Shown here in pieces: positions 47,748-57,794 of a DNA stretch of 64,000 bases. Source of the stretch: a virus (taxonomy: Duplodnaviria > Caudoviricetes); IMG/VR virus record IMGVR_UViG_3300033062_002592, positions 42,320 through 106,319 of that record. The stretch is one strand, 5' to 3'. The position numbers were made by a program, and so were the translations under genes. A model generated the notes under the pieces. That model had not been told where the DNA came from, did no database searches, and saw only the letters and a list, made by a program, of their open reading frames with translations. Numbering within the stretch: the first letter of the stretch is position 1; each line of letters starts with the position of its first letter.

Positions 47748-50426
47748 TTAAACCTCCGCCTTCCACATACATATTAAATCACTTGCGAGTGTAACTGGGA
47801 TGTTAATCTGGAAAGTTGCACTGCCAGTGTTACTGACCCACCATCGGGTGTCAGCCATTGGATTTACATTAACATAATTTGGTACTGCTGCAAGACCATG
47901 TGTAATAGCACTGCTGGTTTGACCTGCTGTTATGGTTGTTGTCCCAGAATTTTCTGTTTTATATCCAATATTATTAAAAATTTTGTTTGTAGCAGCAGCA
48001 GTTGATGTATTTGTTATTTGAGCTGTGATATTACCATAAACTTGAACACCTGTTACCAAAGCTGAATCTGTACCACCCCAAATTCGTATTCCTCTTGTTT
48101 GTGTAGCAACTCCAGTATCATAATATAATCCGCCTATAATACTAATTTTTGATCCTGTCCATAAACTAACACCATCTTGAATACCACTTCCAGTTCTACC
48201 ATTATTTTCTGCTACACAATTTACAAGTGTTTGTGTTGTGGCAAGACTATTTTCACATAACCACCCAGCTTGTTTATTATCTTGAGCTTCGCAATCTGTA
48301 TATCTAACACCCGTAGCCTGTCCTATATAAAAACCGGAATATGTACCACCACCTATTCCGCAACCAAACGCTTTACATCCTATATAATGTCCATCACTAT
48401 TAAATACATTAAATCCATTATATATAGCAGCTTCAGCAATACATCCAATAATAATATCATCACTTCCACCCAAACTGAAAGAATGTTGTCCTGAAGCATT
48501 AACATGAATTCTTGAAAGCAAAGATGCTCTTGTATCTCCACTAATATGTATTCCATCAGTTAGTGGTTCATTTATATCTATATCTTCTATTACATGCATA
48601 CTATCATAAGCTACATAAGGAGTATTAATATAAATAGCATAGCTTGTTCCACTTTGGTTGGATTTGTTTCCATAAATTTGGAAATTGTTTAATTTGCATT
48701 GTATTACTCCAGAACCAGTTATATTAATCACATTACAATTAGAATTATTTAATAGATATATTTCGCTTCCGATACCTTCTCCACATAAGTGTATTTTTGA
48801 ACCAGAAATAGATAATGTAGCATTTGTGTAATAAATTCCATTTTTGAGAAATGCTAATCCACCATTAGATACTAATTTACTCAAAGCAGTTTGTATAGCA
48901 ATTGTTGCGCTTGAACCACTGTAAGCCACCTGTCCTGTACTTCCGCTTGTAGTATAGTAAAGACCATCTGATCCACTATAAACTATGAAAGAAGCTGGAG
49001 TTACAATTGTTGTTGAAGGTAATCCTGAATAAGTTGTTGCTGTAAGAGTTGTAAATATAGCACTGTTACCTATATAAGTGCTACCAGAAATTGTACTACC
49101 AGTTATGTAAGATGAATTTATATTTGTAATTGCAGCATTTGAACCTGAAAATAGGCTACCTGTGATATTTGTAGCTGTTAAAGTCGTTACAAAAGCATTG
49201 CTGCCACGAAGTGTGCTTCCGCTTACAGTTCCGCTACCGCTCAAATTCGTAACATACGCATTGGTTATTACGGCAGTTGAGCCGCTGAAAGTGCTTCCAG
49301 AAATCATGCTTCCCGAAACGTTTGTCGCATAAATATTTGTTAGACCAGACAATGCCGATGATAATGCAGTTTGTATTACCTGTCCAGATTGTGTAACCAC
49401 TATGTTTGGTGGACTACCAGTTAGATATATTCTGCTGTAAAGTGCCGATGAACCTGAATTTGCTAAACTCAGAACTCCTCTGTGATAATGGTCTCCATGA
49501 CTTCCAGATGTTGAAGTTCCAGCTGCCGAAGAACCAGAAACGTCTGTTGGAACCAATTCATATAAACCTGGAGTGCCGTGAACATGGTCTGCTCTTGCAA
49601 GCATTGTGTTGTCGTCCCCAACAAGAGCCGTTTGACCATAAACATATGAAGATGATACATAATTTGCAAAACTTCCACCGCCTCCACCACTTCCAGTTGA
49701 CTGTAATGATAGATTAATTCTATCATTTGCACCGTCATCTGTCATTTGAATTATCATGCCACCGGCATTTGTAATATTCACAATCCTTCGAGCAAATGTG
49801 GTGGCGCTGCCAGTTTGAATATGCATTGCAGGACCATAATAATCAGCGCCTGTAATGTATCCTGTTACAACTAATCCTGCGCCAGTTATATATGAAACTG
49901 CAGAACCAGTTACAACAAGCTGAGGAATTGTGAGACTGTAATTTGAGAAATCTGTTATTTGACTTTTAGAAATAGTTCCTAACAATGAACTGCCGCTGAT
50001 GCTTCCAGTCACAATCAAGCTGCCGCTTATGCTTGAAGTTCCCGAACCAGTTATGCTTAAAGCATTGTTGATATCTATAATTTGATTTTTATAAATTGAA
50101 ACTGCATCAGTGCTTCCAGAAGTATGTGTGGGACCATGAGAAGCTGGGCTGTGAGTTCTAACAGTCGTTAAATTTAATCCCGAGAAATAATCTGTATCAA
50201 CAGCATGGTCAACAACTTTGCTGCCGCTGGTAGCATAATCGGATTTAAGCATGTCACCTAAACCTGTTGCGCTGATTCCTTGATAGTTGGAACCACTTAT
50301 AGTTCCGATAACAGTTAAAGTGCCTGTTACAGTTGCACTTCCAGAACTTGAAGAACCTGTTACAACTTTTAAATTTCTACATCTAATCTCTCTGTAGGCA
50401 TCGAGAGTTCCTCTATTATATGGCAT
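47748..50426 (-). CDS. beta-helix spike protein 1
   Basis: DHVH/DHYH, xSGS repeats, AIQTAL..GG...L..G.Y, GNKSNQ, C-terminal ITHGLAAVP...WKAEV. Confidence 0.78.
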   Translation of the reverse strand: MPYNRGTLDAYREIRCRNLKVVTGSSSSGSATVTGTLTVIGTISGSNYQGISATGLGDMLKSDYATSGSKVVDHAVDTDYFSGLNLTTVRTHSPASHGPTHTSGSTDAVSIYKNQIIDINNALSITGSGTSSISGSLIVTGSISGSSLLGTISKSQITDFSNYSLTIPQLVVTGSAVSYITGAGLVVTGYITGADYYGPAMHIQTGSATTFARRIVNITNAGGMIIQMTDDGANDRINLSLQSTGSGGGGGSFANYVSSSYVYGQTALVGDDNTMLARADHVHGTPGLYELVPTDVSGSSAAGTSTSGSHGDHYHRGVLSLANSGSSALYSRIYLTGSPPNIVVTQSGQVIQTALSSALSGLTNIYATNVSGSMISGSTFSGSTAVITNAYVTNLSGSGTVSGSTLRGSNAFVTTLTATNITGSLFSGSNAAITNINSSYITGSTISGSTYIGNSAIFTTLTATTYSGLPSTTIVTPASFIVYSGSDGLYYTTSGSTGQVAYSGSSATIAIQTALSKLVSNGGLAFLKNGIYYTNATLSISGSKIHLCGEGIGSEIYLLNNSNCNVINITGSGVIQCKLNNFQIYGNKSNQSGTSYAIYINTPYVAYDSMHVIEDIDINEPLTDGIHISGDTRASLLSRIHVNASGQHSFSLGGSDDIIIGCIAEAAIYNGFNVFNSDGHYIGCKAFGCGIGGGTYSGFYIGQATGVRYTDCEAQDNKQAGWLCENSLATTQTLVNCVAENNGRTGSGIQDGVSLWTGSKISIIGGLYYDTGVATQTRGIRIWGGTDSALVTGVQVYGNITAQITNTSTAAATNKIFNNIGYKTENSGTTTITAGQTSSAITHGLAAVPNYVNVNPMADTRWWVSNTGSATFQINIPVTLASDLICMWKAEV

Positions 50427-50428
50427 TT

Positions 50429-51040
50429 TTAAAAACCAACCCTAAATTTTCCTATTTTAATTTCAAATTTCCGCTCCTGCGGAATTTTTTCAATTTGAAT
50501 AAATTTTTCAACTTTTGGAATTTCCTTTTTTAAAAGCATAACTTGAAAACAATCTGAACCAAAAAAGACTTTTTCATTATATTTAACTACAACATCCAAT
50601 GTTGACACCAATTTATTATAATCATGAATCCATGTATTCTGTTTACAGTTACCAACACTTGTGCGGCTTAAATGCGATCCTATGTATTCCACCAGCAATA
50701 TATATTTACTTGAAACGCTGTAGAGTTCATACATGATATCTTTGGCTTTTTCAGGTGGACTATGTGCAAGCACTCCCGATGAATATACCAATTCAAATTT
50801 ATTATCTTTATATGGTATTGACGTAGCATCTGCAACTTTAAATGTTCCATCAACATATGTTTTAGCAAAGTTGATTTTATCTTCATCGCTGTCGATACCA
50901 TAAAGAGGCGCAAGCCCTTGAAGATACCAAAGCTCTCGCCCGTAGTTGCATCCCGCTTCAAAGATATTTTTAGGATGAAGTTCTTTAGCAAATTCAATAA
51001 TGATTGTTGTTTCAGGTGATTTCTCTAAATTATAATTCAT
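50429..51040 (-). CDS. class I SAM methyltransferase (similar to glycan-locus methylases)
   Basis: IFEAGCNYG, GID, FELVYSSGVLAH, S.KYILLVEY. Confidence 0.82.
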   Translation of the reverse strand: MNYNLEKSPETTIIIEFAKELHPKNIFEAGCNYGRELWYLQGLAPLYGIDSDEDKINFAKTYVDGTFKVADATSIPYKDNKFELVYSSGVLAHSPPEKAKDIMYELYSVSSKYILLVEYIGSHLSRTSVGNCKQNTWIHDYNKLVSTLDVVVKYNEKVFFGSDCFQVMLLKKEIPKVEKFIQIEKIPQERKFEIKIGKFRVGF

Positions 51041-51043
51041 TTA

Positions 51044-51193
51044 TCAACGCTCATTTGAATAACAAGGACTTTTCAATAAACAATCACAGCACCACGTAAC
51101 ATAAGTCGCTCCGGGATATGGTATAACCTTTGTCGAATATTTTGTATCATATGTTTCTATAGAAGTCCTTCCGCATCTTTGGCATGTAACCAT
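51044..51193 (-). CDS. small Zn-finger protein (49 aa, not in the ORF track)
   Basis: MVTCQRCG...WCCDCL; SD GGAGG. Confidence 0.65.
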   Translation of the reverse strand: MVTCQRCGRTSIETYDTKYSTKVIPYPGATYVTWCCDCLLKSPCYSNER

Positions 51194-51215
51194 TTTTCAT
51201 CATCCTCCATAATTT

Positions 51216-51533
51216 TTAATATCCTGGCCCATATTGTCCAGGAATATCTTCATCAACATCAAGCGGAGTTGTTTTTGTAGTTTTCACAATTGCAAAATCC
51301 GCTAAATTTCCACTATTATCATAATACCTGATGAAATTCATACATATTGGACACGGTGCCAAATACCAATATGAATCTGTTGGATTAAATGCTAACACTG
51401 TATCCACAGGACCATGACAATGTGGGCATCCTCCATCGCTTTTTCTAATTGGAACTCCATAAGTTTTTGAAGCTTGAATTCCATCCACGAATAATATTGC
51501 AGGAAGCTCCCCTGAACCCGTTAAATGCGCCAT
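51216..51533 (-). CDS. Zn-finger protein
   Basis: CPHC...CPIC; start MAHLTG after SD GGTGA. Confidence 0.65.
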   Translation of the reverse strand: MAHLTGSGELPAILFVDGIQASKTYGVPIRKSDGGCPHCHGPVDTVLAFNPTDSYWYLAPCPICMNFIRYYDNSGNLADFAIVKTTKTTPLDVDEDIPGQYGPGY

Positions 51534-51556
51534 ATTTGTCACCAAAACTTGACCAA

Positions 51557-51763
51557 TTACTTTTTGGGGCCCCATCTCTGCGAAACCGGATTAAAATACC
51601 TATCATAGCGGCATTTCATGCATCTTGCACGCACAATTCCCTGATTTTCAAGATATGTAAACGTGTATTCATCCGAACCGCATATACATCTGGGCGGAGC
51701 TGGAACTAAGAATTTTATAGAACCATTAGGATATTTCTGCGGTCTTCCCGGTTTACCTTGCAT
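51557..51763 (-). CDS. Zn-ribbon protein
   Basis: MQGKPGRPQKY...CICG...CMKC. Confidence 0.6.
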   Translation of the reverse strand: MQGKPGRPQKYPNGSIKFLVPAPPRCICGSDEYTFTYLENQGIVRARCMKCRYDRYFNPVSQRWGPKK

Positions 51764-51914
51764 AAATTTCGTCATCCAACCAAATAAAATTCTCAAGCAC
51801 AAGTCCACATTTTTTGCAGACAAGTTCTCCAATATGCGTATCAATATATATCGAACTGCCGCTGCTGTCCCAACACATATTGCATTGAATGCTAAAATCC
51901 ACGTTGTCTACCAT
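51753..51914 (-). CDS. stand-alone TFB/TFIIB-type Zn ribbon (53 aa, not in the ORF track)
   Basis: MVDNVDFSIQCNMCWDSSGSSIYIDTHIGELVCKKCGLVLENFIWLDDEIYAR; overlaps the terminase stop and the next start. Confidence 0.7.
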   Translation of the reverse strand: MVDNVDFSIQCNMCWDSSGSSIYIDTHIGELVCKKCGLVLENFIWLDDEIYAR

Positions 51915-53347
51915 GTTACCACGCTCATTTCAATCTCCTGTTTTTGTTTATCACTTGCAAGTTTATCTAAAGTTGGGTCAGAAACCTGAACTATCATAGG
52001 ATCAAATTCAAACGTAAATTCTTTATAAACTGCAAGCGCAAGCGCCCAGACCATATCATCCATCCCAGCCTCTTCTTTCCCACTGTAGCGCGTGTGCAAA
52101 CCCATTTTAGTTGAAGTTCTCTGAATGCCATGCAGTTGCAGCTCAAGTTTCTCAGCTATAGAGCCCATATCCTTATGGGGCAAGCCCACTTTAGTTCTCT
52201 GCATGAGCATTCTTAATCTAATGATGATATTCTCCTTTACTGTGGAAGTGAGGTCAAACCCCTGAATAACATAGCTTCCACAGTATTTTTCATTGCTTAA
52301 GATATCCTGCATGGTTTGACCTCCTGGTCCACTGGCGTCTATTTTCACAGCAATTGGATTAAATTCAAGATAAAGCATTCTGATAATATCAGCCTGCTCA
52401 TCATAGTTTACTCCCGCCATTTCTTCAATATATAATGTTTTAAAAGTTTCAGGAGCCGTTTCTTCAACTACATAAACTATTGTTTCGGACGTAGTTTTAC
52501 CAAAATCAATTCCAAAATAAATCGGATTCTTCGTTTTATATCCGCTTGATATAAATTCTTTGATTTTTTGATTATTCCATATCAATTCATAAGGAAAGAA
52601 TGATAATGATTCATCAATGAATTCGGCGCAGTATTCTTGTTTAAAATCAATATCCGTCATTCCTTCTCTGAGGAACTTTTCCTGATTAGCTAGACGCGGA
52701 CATTGCCAATAAATAATTTCATGATAACTCCATGTTGTGTCGAATTTTTGGCCCAACCCTCTGTAAACAACCTGTAGAGGTTCCGTAATTTCGTAATATC
52801 GTCCACGCTTCCCCTTTGGAGTGCTGTTTAACGTAATGTGGCCGCCAATTATCTGGAAGTCTCGCACAACAATCCACAATTCTCTATCATTGGCAACATG
52901 CGCGTACTCATCAACATAAACATCCGTTTCTGGACCTCTCATTCCGAAGCCTCGAATGTTTCCAGGCTCGCTCGATGGCAATGACATAATACGTGCGCCA
53001 TTCGGTAGCGTAGCGGCCTGACGGTTGTGTTCTTTTAAATGCGGCTGTAAAGTTAATGGAAACGTGGCAAGCATATCATACCATTTTCCAAGAAGTTCTT
53101 CGGCAATGCGCTGTCCCGTAGATACCAATATAATTTGTCGACCGGGATTTGTAAACGATTTATAGATTGCTTCGCCGGCAATGGTTGTGCTGATTCCAGT
53201 TTTCTTTGATTTGTTGATTGCTCTGTTTCTTGAAGTATCCCGAATGAGATGCTTCTGGTAAGGATCCATAATCCATGGAATCATTCCATCGGGAGATTCA
53301 AGTTTAATGAAGGATTCTACAAAATTGACGGGATCCAATAAAGTCAA
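51908..53347 (-). CDS. terL: terminase large subunit
   Basis: YQ, NKSKKTGIS (deviant Walker A), VYVDEYAH Walker B, STPKG, QEYCAEF, GIDFG nuclease, DASGPG, DDMVWALALA. Confidence 0.92.
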   Translation of the reverse strand: MTLLDPVNFVESFIKLESPDGMIPWIMDPYQKHLIRDTSRNRAINKSKKTGISTTIAGEAIYKSFTNPGRQIILVSTGQRIAEELLGKWYDMLATFPLTLQPHLKEHNRQAATLPNGARIMSLPSSEPGNIRGFGMRGPETDVYVDEYAHVANDRELWIVVRDFQIIGGHITLNSTPKGKRGRYYEITEPLQVVYRGLGQKFDTTWSYHEIIYWQCPRLANQEKFLREGMTDIDFKQEYCAEFIDESLSFFPYELIWNNQKIKEFISSGYKTKNPIYFGIDFGKTTSETIVYVVEETAPETFKTLYIEEMAGVNYDEQADIIRMLYLEFNPIAVKIDASGPGGQTMQDILSNEKYCGSYVIQGFDLTSTVKENIIIRLRMLMQRTKVGLPHKDMGSIAEKLELQLHGIQRTSTKMGLHTRYSGKEEAGMDDMVWALALAVYKEFTFEFDPMIVQVSDPTLDKLASDKQKQEIEMSVVTW

Positions 53348-53370
53348 TAAGAGATCCTTATCTAATGCTT

Positions 53371-54798
53371 CTATAAAGCAATCCCTCCTTGGTCAAGCAT
53401 GAAGCTTTCATTTGAACCAAGATTTATAGAGTAAAACATTGCTGCAAGAAGTCCCGTTGTTTTTGAAAATACTTGGAATAATTGTTCCGTATAATTTATA
53501 TAAATACTTAATTTGGGTGTTATTGTTATAAATTGATCCGAATATTTCATCAGCTTTGGCATGGATTTTATTACTAAATCTTTGTTTACCAGCATTCTTG
53601 GTAAAACATCTATGAATTTTTCAAAAGTTGCTGTAAACTGCGGCAAAAATCTGATTGTTTCATCTTTAAGATTTGAAAACCTTCCCAAAGTTGTAAAGGC
53701 CAAATCCAAATATGAGGTCAACCTTGGATATGTTCTTATTATTTCTTCGGAATATTTTTGAAATAAAGGCATCAAAATTAGCAATTTATCATAATATGAT
53801 GATATTTTAGGGTAAACTTTAAATAAGAAATCGCTGTTGACCTGAAGTTTGGGAAGAATTTTCAATATTTGATGTTGATAAGAAGCAAATTTGGGCAAAA
53901 CCTTGATTATTTCTTCTTTTTGAGTTGAAAACAAAACCAAAAGTTTAAAAAGCTCATCAGTATATGCGCTTAATCTGGGCGCAACTTTAACATTATAATC
54001 AACAAAATCAAGAAGTCTTGGAACGCTTTTAATGTTTAAATCTTTATATCCTACAAATTTTGGAGTTACTTTAATAGCCACATCTCGATAATTTTGAAAC
54101 AGGACTTTCATGGAAATTAATTGGTCAAAACTTTGTAAAAATCTGGGCGAAACTTTAATGATTTCCTCTTTATAATCATAGAAAGCTCCCATTCGTGCTA
54201 TACATGTTATTAGGCGATCCATCTGATTTGAAAATCTTGGTAAATTTTTAATTTGAATATCTGAAGATTTCATAAATTTTGGCATCATTTTTATAATATT
54301 ATCTGCAATAATTATGAATGCGGGCAAAACCTTGAAAATTTCATCTTTATTTTCTTTAAATCTTGGCAACATCTTTATTAATTCATCCAAATTTAACAAC
54401 AGTTTAGGCAATACTTTTACATTGATATCAACAGATTGCGTGAACTTTGGTAAAGTTTTTACAACTTTATCCATTTGAGACAAAAATTGCGGATTAATTT
54501 TAATCAATTCATCTTTATATTGCATATACCTACCTAAAATTTTTACAATTTGATCCATCTGACTCAAATATTTAGGCAACACCTTTGAATTCAAATCTTT
54601 GAAAGATAAAAATTTCGGGTAAATTTTAATTAATTTTTCATCATATTTTGTGAAGCGTGGAAGTATCTTTAAATTTTCATCGGCGAACCTTTGTAGTCTT
54701 GGAGTTAATTTTAATATTTGATCCTGCTGAGTTATTGTTTCAGCGGCTCCGCCCCAAACTCCGCTCATCCAAAATTGTTTTGCAATTGCTCCAGGCAT
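53371..54798 (-). CDS. protein made almost entirely of about 30 14-aa repeats (same repeat as the 2227-aa protein)
   Basis: DQILKLTPRLQRFA DENLKILPRFTKYD EKLIKIYPKFLSFK ... Confidence 0.8.
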   Translation of the reverse strand: MPGAIAKQFWMSGVWGGAAETITQQDQILKLTPRLQRFADENLKILPRFTKYDEKLIKIYPKFLSFKDLNSKVLPKYLSQMDQIVKILGRYMQYKDELIKINPQFLSQMDKVVKTLPKFTQSVDINVKVLPKLLLNLDELIKMLPRFKENKDEIFKVLPAFIIIADNIIKMMPKFMKSSDIQIKNLPRFSNQMDRLITCIARMGAFYDYKEEIIKVSPRFLQSFDQLISMKVLFQNYRDVAIKVTPKFVGYKDLNIKSVPRLLDFVDYNVKVAPRLSAYTDELFKLLVLFSTQKEEIIKVLPKFASYQHQILKILPKLQVNSDFLFKVYPKISSYYDKLLILMPLFQKYSEEIIRTYPRLTSYLDLAFTTLGRFSNLKDETIRFLPQFTATFEKFIDVLPRMLVNKDLVIKSMPKLMKYSDQFITITPKLSIYINYTEQLFQVFSKTTGLLAAMFYSINLGSNESFMLDQGGIAL

Positions 54799-54799
54799 A

Positions 54800-55327
54800 T
54801 TATCTACCTAATTTCATTTTTGTGCGCCTATGAGTGATACAATCAACTTCAATCCATATATCAGAAGCCCATCCATAAGTTTCATATGTTTCTCCATCTG
54901 TTGAATCAACGAGTTCAATTCTTAATTGTAGTGAATTTATTTCATTCCATGTCCAAGGTTGTCCCGTAGTTGGATTTACTACATAAATAGAACTAAATTC
55001 TTGTATGCTTGTTGTTAAAGTTTGACTGGTAAAATACCAATTTCCCCAAGTTATTATACCATATTTTATAGTATTACTTTTCAGACTTCCATAATACAAT
55101 ACTTTTTTTGCCCTTATTTTTATAGTAACACTGTTTACTGGAAACCTTGTATTTACTGAGTCTTCACATTCATAAATATCTGTGTAAGTTCCATTTACTC
55201 CAAAGAAAGCATCACACCAAGTGGTATCATCAGCATCACTCATTATCATATAATGGGCAATATTATAAAATGGGCGCAATTTTTTTGTTGCAGTATCAGC
55301 AGAGGGTCTAAAAATCAAAATAGCCAT
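54800..55327 (-). CDS. putative virion beta-sandwich protein
   Basis: RP.AD...NPTTGQPWTWNEINSLQ motif seen in phage and archaeal surface proteins. Confidence 0.6.
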   Translation of the reverse strand: MAILIFRPSADTATKKLRPFYNIAHYMIMSDADDTTWCDAFFGVNGTYTDIYECEDSVNTRFPVNSVTIKIRAKKVLYYGSLKSNTIKYGIITWGNWYFTSQTLTTSIQEFSSIYVVNPTTGQPWTWNEINSLQLRIELVDSTDGETYETYGWASDIWIEVDCITHRRTKMKLGR

Positions 55328-55339
55328 ATTTCATCCTGC

Positions 55340-56179
55340 TTAAGTTGAATCATCATCCCAGTAACTTATAAAACCACCATGTTTAGCTGCTGCTGAAGAA
55401 CTTAAGTAAAGCGTGCTTCCGGTAACTGCAGTTTTAAACAGAATTGATGGTGGGTTTACACTTATTGTGTAACCTTCGTTTCTATCAAAAGGCATTTCTC
55501 CACTCAACATTGAATAATCAAGTCCGCTTCCAGAACTGTACCAAGCCATCCATTGAGTGCCGGAACCACTGCTGTTATAAACAATACTATAAATTTTTAA
55601 ATGTTTATTAGCAACACCTGTAATTACTGATGATAATGAATTCGCAGTGCTTGTAACTGCAATAGGTACAGATTTAAATGTTGATTCCGGTACTAATGTA
55701 ACCTGTTGAACAACTCGTGTACAGTGTACTTCATCAATATAAATTGGAGCAGTATTGGCTATACTGGCATAAATCATTATAAATTTAATATCTAACGAAC
55801 TGGTTCCTCTATATTCATAAAATGTCCATGCTGAACCCGAAACAGTAATATCATTTAAAGTATCTGTGGTTTCATCGCTTAATTTGAATCCTGCGCCAAT
55901 AAGAGTTTGACTTCCACTTTCAGATATTGATTGAGCCCAAAAACTAAGAATAACTTCCGATGCTTTTAATGGCTCAGTATATTGATATATATATACTCCC
56001 GGATCCAAATTTGCAGAGTACCTATCTACAAGAACGGGTGAAGTAATAATTGATGCTCCATTTGATTCCCATCCACTTAAACTTCCAGCTTCAAATCCTC
56101 CGTTTTTCAGCAAGTTGCTGGTATTGACATTTCCACCTGCTAAATAAAGTATTTTGCTTATCGCATTTTCTTCACTCAT
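55340..56179 (-). CDS. CBM4/9-like carbohydrate-binding virion protein
   Basis: NLLKNGGFEAG..GW...LSFWA...W..Y...IYIDEV. Confidence 0.65.
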   Translation of the reverse strand: MSEENAISKILYLAGGNVNTSNLLKNGGFEAGSLSGWESNGASIITSPVLVDRYSANLDPGVYIYQYTEPLKASEVILSFWAQSISESGSQTLIGAGFKLSDETTDTLNDITVSGSAWTFYEYRGTSSLDIKFIMIYASIANTAPIYIDEVHCTRVVQQVTLVPESTFKSVPIAVTSTANSLSSVITGVANKHLKIYSIVYNSSGSGTQWMAWYSSGSGLDYSMLSGEMPFDRNEGYTISVNPPSILFKTAVTGSTLYLSSSAAAKHGGFISYWDDDST

Positions 56180-56192
56180 TTTATATCACTCC

Positions 56193-56789
56193 TTAAGGAG
56201 TTTCTCCGTAAAGAACAGCCACACTTACCCATTGAGAAGAAGCGGCGCCAGTTACCATTACACGAAGAGAAAGAGGACCTACAAAAGTATGTATTGGTAC
56301 TCTAGATTCAAAGGTAAATGGAATTATTGTGGTTGATGACTCAGAAAATATTCTTTTATGAATGGCAGATCCAGACATTAAATTGAATGCGCAATAAACA
56401 GGAGATATACAATAATAGCCATATATTGAACCAGTCTTGCCTGCAGTAACACTTCCAGTCCAAACTTGTGTACCCGTTGTAGTAATAGGTGTTACAGATG
56501 AACCCGAACCTTCTATCCATCTAGGCTCTTTATAAACACCCCAACGCAACAATGAGGCGCTGCCAGTATCAAGAGTTATAGGAAGATTAATTGTTGAACC
56601 AGTTATCTGCAGTTGCGCACTCAACAGAGTTGAACCGGTGATACCAACTGCTCTGGGATCGATATATGACCCAGAAGCATCAGCAATAGTTAAAACCACG
56701 GCTTCAGCATGAGCTGTGCTGCCGCTGAGCCATGTTCTTAATCTTTTTCCCGCTGCATCAGTTGGTACTTGAACATAACTTTCTGACAT
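56193..56789 (-). CDS. putative virion protein, [ST]GS-rich
   Basis: MSESYVQVP.D..GK start; 9 [ST]GS in 198 aa. Confidence 0.6.
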   Translation of the reverse strand: MSESYVQVPTDAAGKRLRTWLSGSTAHAEAVVLTIADASGSYIDPRAVGITGSTLLSAQLQITGSTINLPITLDTGSASLLRWGVYKEPRWIEGSGSSVTPITTTGTQVWTGSVTAGKTGSIYGYYCISPVYCAFNLMSGSAIHKRIFSESSTTIIPFTFESRVPIHTFVGPLSLRVMVTGAASSQWVSVAVLYGETP

Positions 56790-56811
56790 ATTTTCACATC
56801 AAATTATATAT

Positions 56812-57507
56812 TTAAAACTTTATGGTTCCCAGACCATTAATGTCTAATGGTATATAAATTGGAGGAAGAAAAGTTGCAATACAGCCGACATAATTTAGGA
56901 ATGATTGACCAGTGGTTCCAACAGATGCCGTTCCAGTTGTTGACACTATTTTTTCGCAATAACCATTTGACATTTTTCCATCAGTTATGGTACCGTCAAG
57001 CAAAGTAAACCCGTTTGTTGGATTACTTTGAGCAGTTGACAAAATTGTAGTTCCTTGTACTATGGTACCTATCCAAAGCTCATCTGCTTTAGAAGTAACA
57101 CTTGTAGTTCCGCTTAATAATGTTGGTCCTGCTCCGCTGCCACTGGCAACTTTGTCAAGAAAACTGGATGTCGCTATTCCTGAATATTCACAAACATTAA
57201 TTACTCCGCCCAAATCAGGATTGCCTGTATAGGCAACACTAATGCTGTTAGAAGCATTTGCAGAAACTATTCCAGCCCATATTTCAACATCCACTCTTTC
57301 TGAAACGTCAAGTATTTTAGAATTTTGTTTAGTCCATAGTACATTAGTTTGAGTAACACTACTTACAGTTCTCATGGTCACTGCAGATGCGATTCCTATA
57401 GTTGCAACCAAAAAATTCCCATTTTGAGGTGGTGAAGACATAGTTACGCTTACTGGAGTAGTAAGACCATGCCCATTTGCGTTGCCTTGCACCCTTAATA
57501 TTGTCAT
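56812..57507 (-). CDS. stand-alone copy of the beta domain duplicated in the 2227-aa protein
   Basis: RVQGNA, P.NGN.LVATIG, EIWAG, NVCEYSG, ELWIG, GFTLLDG, YVGCIATF. Confidence 0.75.
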   Translation of the reverse strand: MTILRVQGNANGHGLTTPVSVTMSSPPQNGNFLVATIGIASAVTMRTVSSVTQTNVLWTKQNSKILDVSERVDVEIWAGIVSANASNSISVAYTGNPDLGGVINVCEYSGIATSSFLDKVASGSGAGPTLLSGTTSVTSKADELWIGTIVQGTTILSTAQSNPTNGFTLLDGTITDGKMSNGYCEKIVSTTGTASVGTTGQSFLNYVGCIATFLPPIYIPLDINGLGTIKF

Positions 57508-57522
57508 TTCATTTCTCCAAAC

Positions 57523-57780
57523 TCAACTAAAATGAAAAGATAAAATTGATAAATCACCAATATCAATTTCATTGTTACTGTTGAAATCGTATTCTACAGG
57601 AGCAGGCGGACATGTTTGATTAAAATATGCTGCAACTGTGCGCAGGTCAAACACATTGACAATTCCATCATGATTAACATCATATATTGAATAATTTGGT
57701 TTATTAACAACAGCAGTAACAAAAGCTACTGATAGTAATAACCAAGATGCAATAAATATTGCAATCAATATTTTGTTCAT
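57523..57780 (-). CDS. secreted or membrane-anchored stand-alone dockerin
   Basis: Hydrophobic N-terminus followed by YDVNHDGIVNVFDL...YDFNSNNEIDIGDL. Confidence 0.75.
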   Translation of the reverse strand: MNKILIAIFIASWLLLSVAFVTAVVNKPNYSIYDVNHDGIVNVFDLRTVAAYFNQTCPPAPVEYDFNSNNEIDIGDLSILSFHFS

Positions 57781-57794
57781 TTTTCTTGCCTCCT

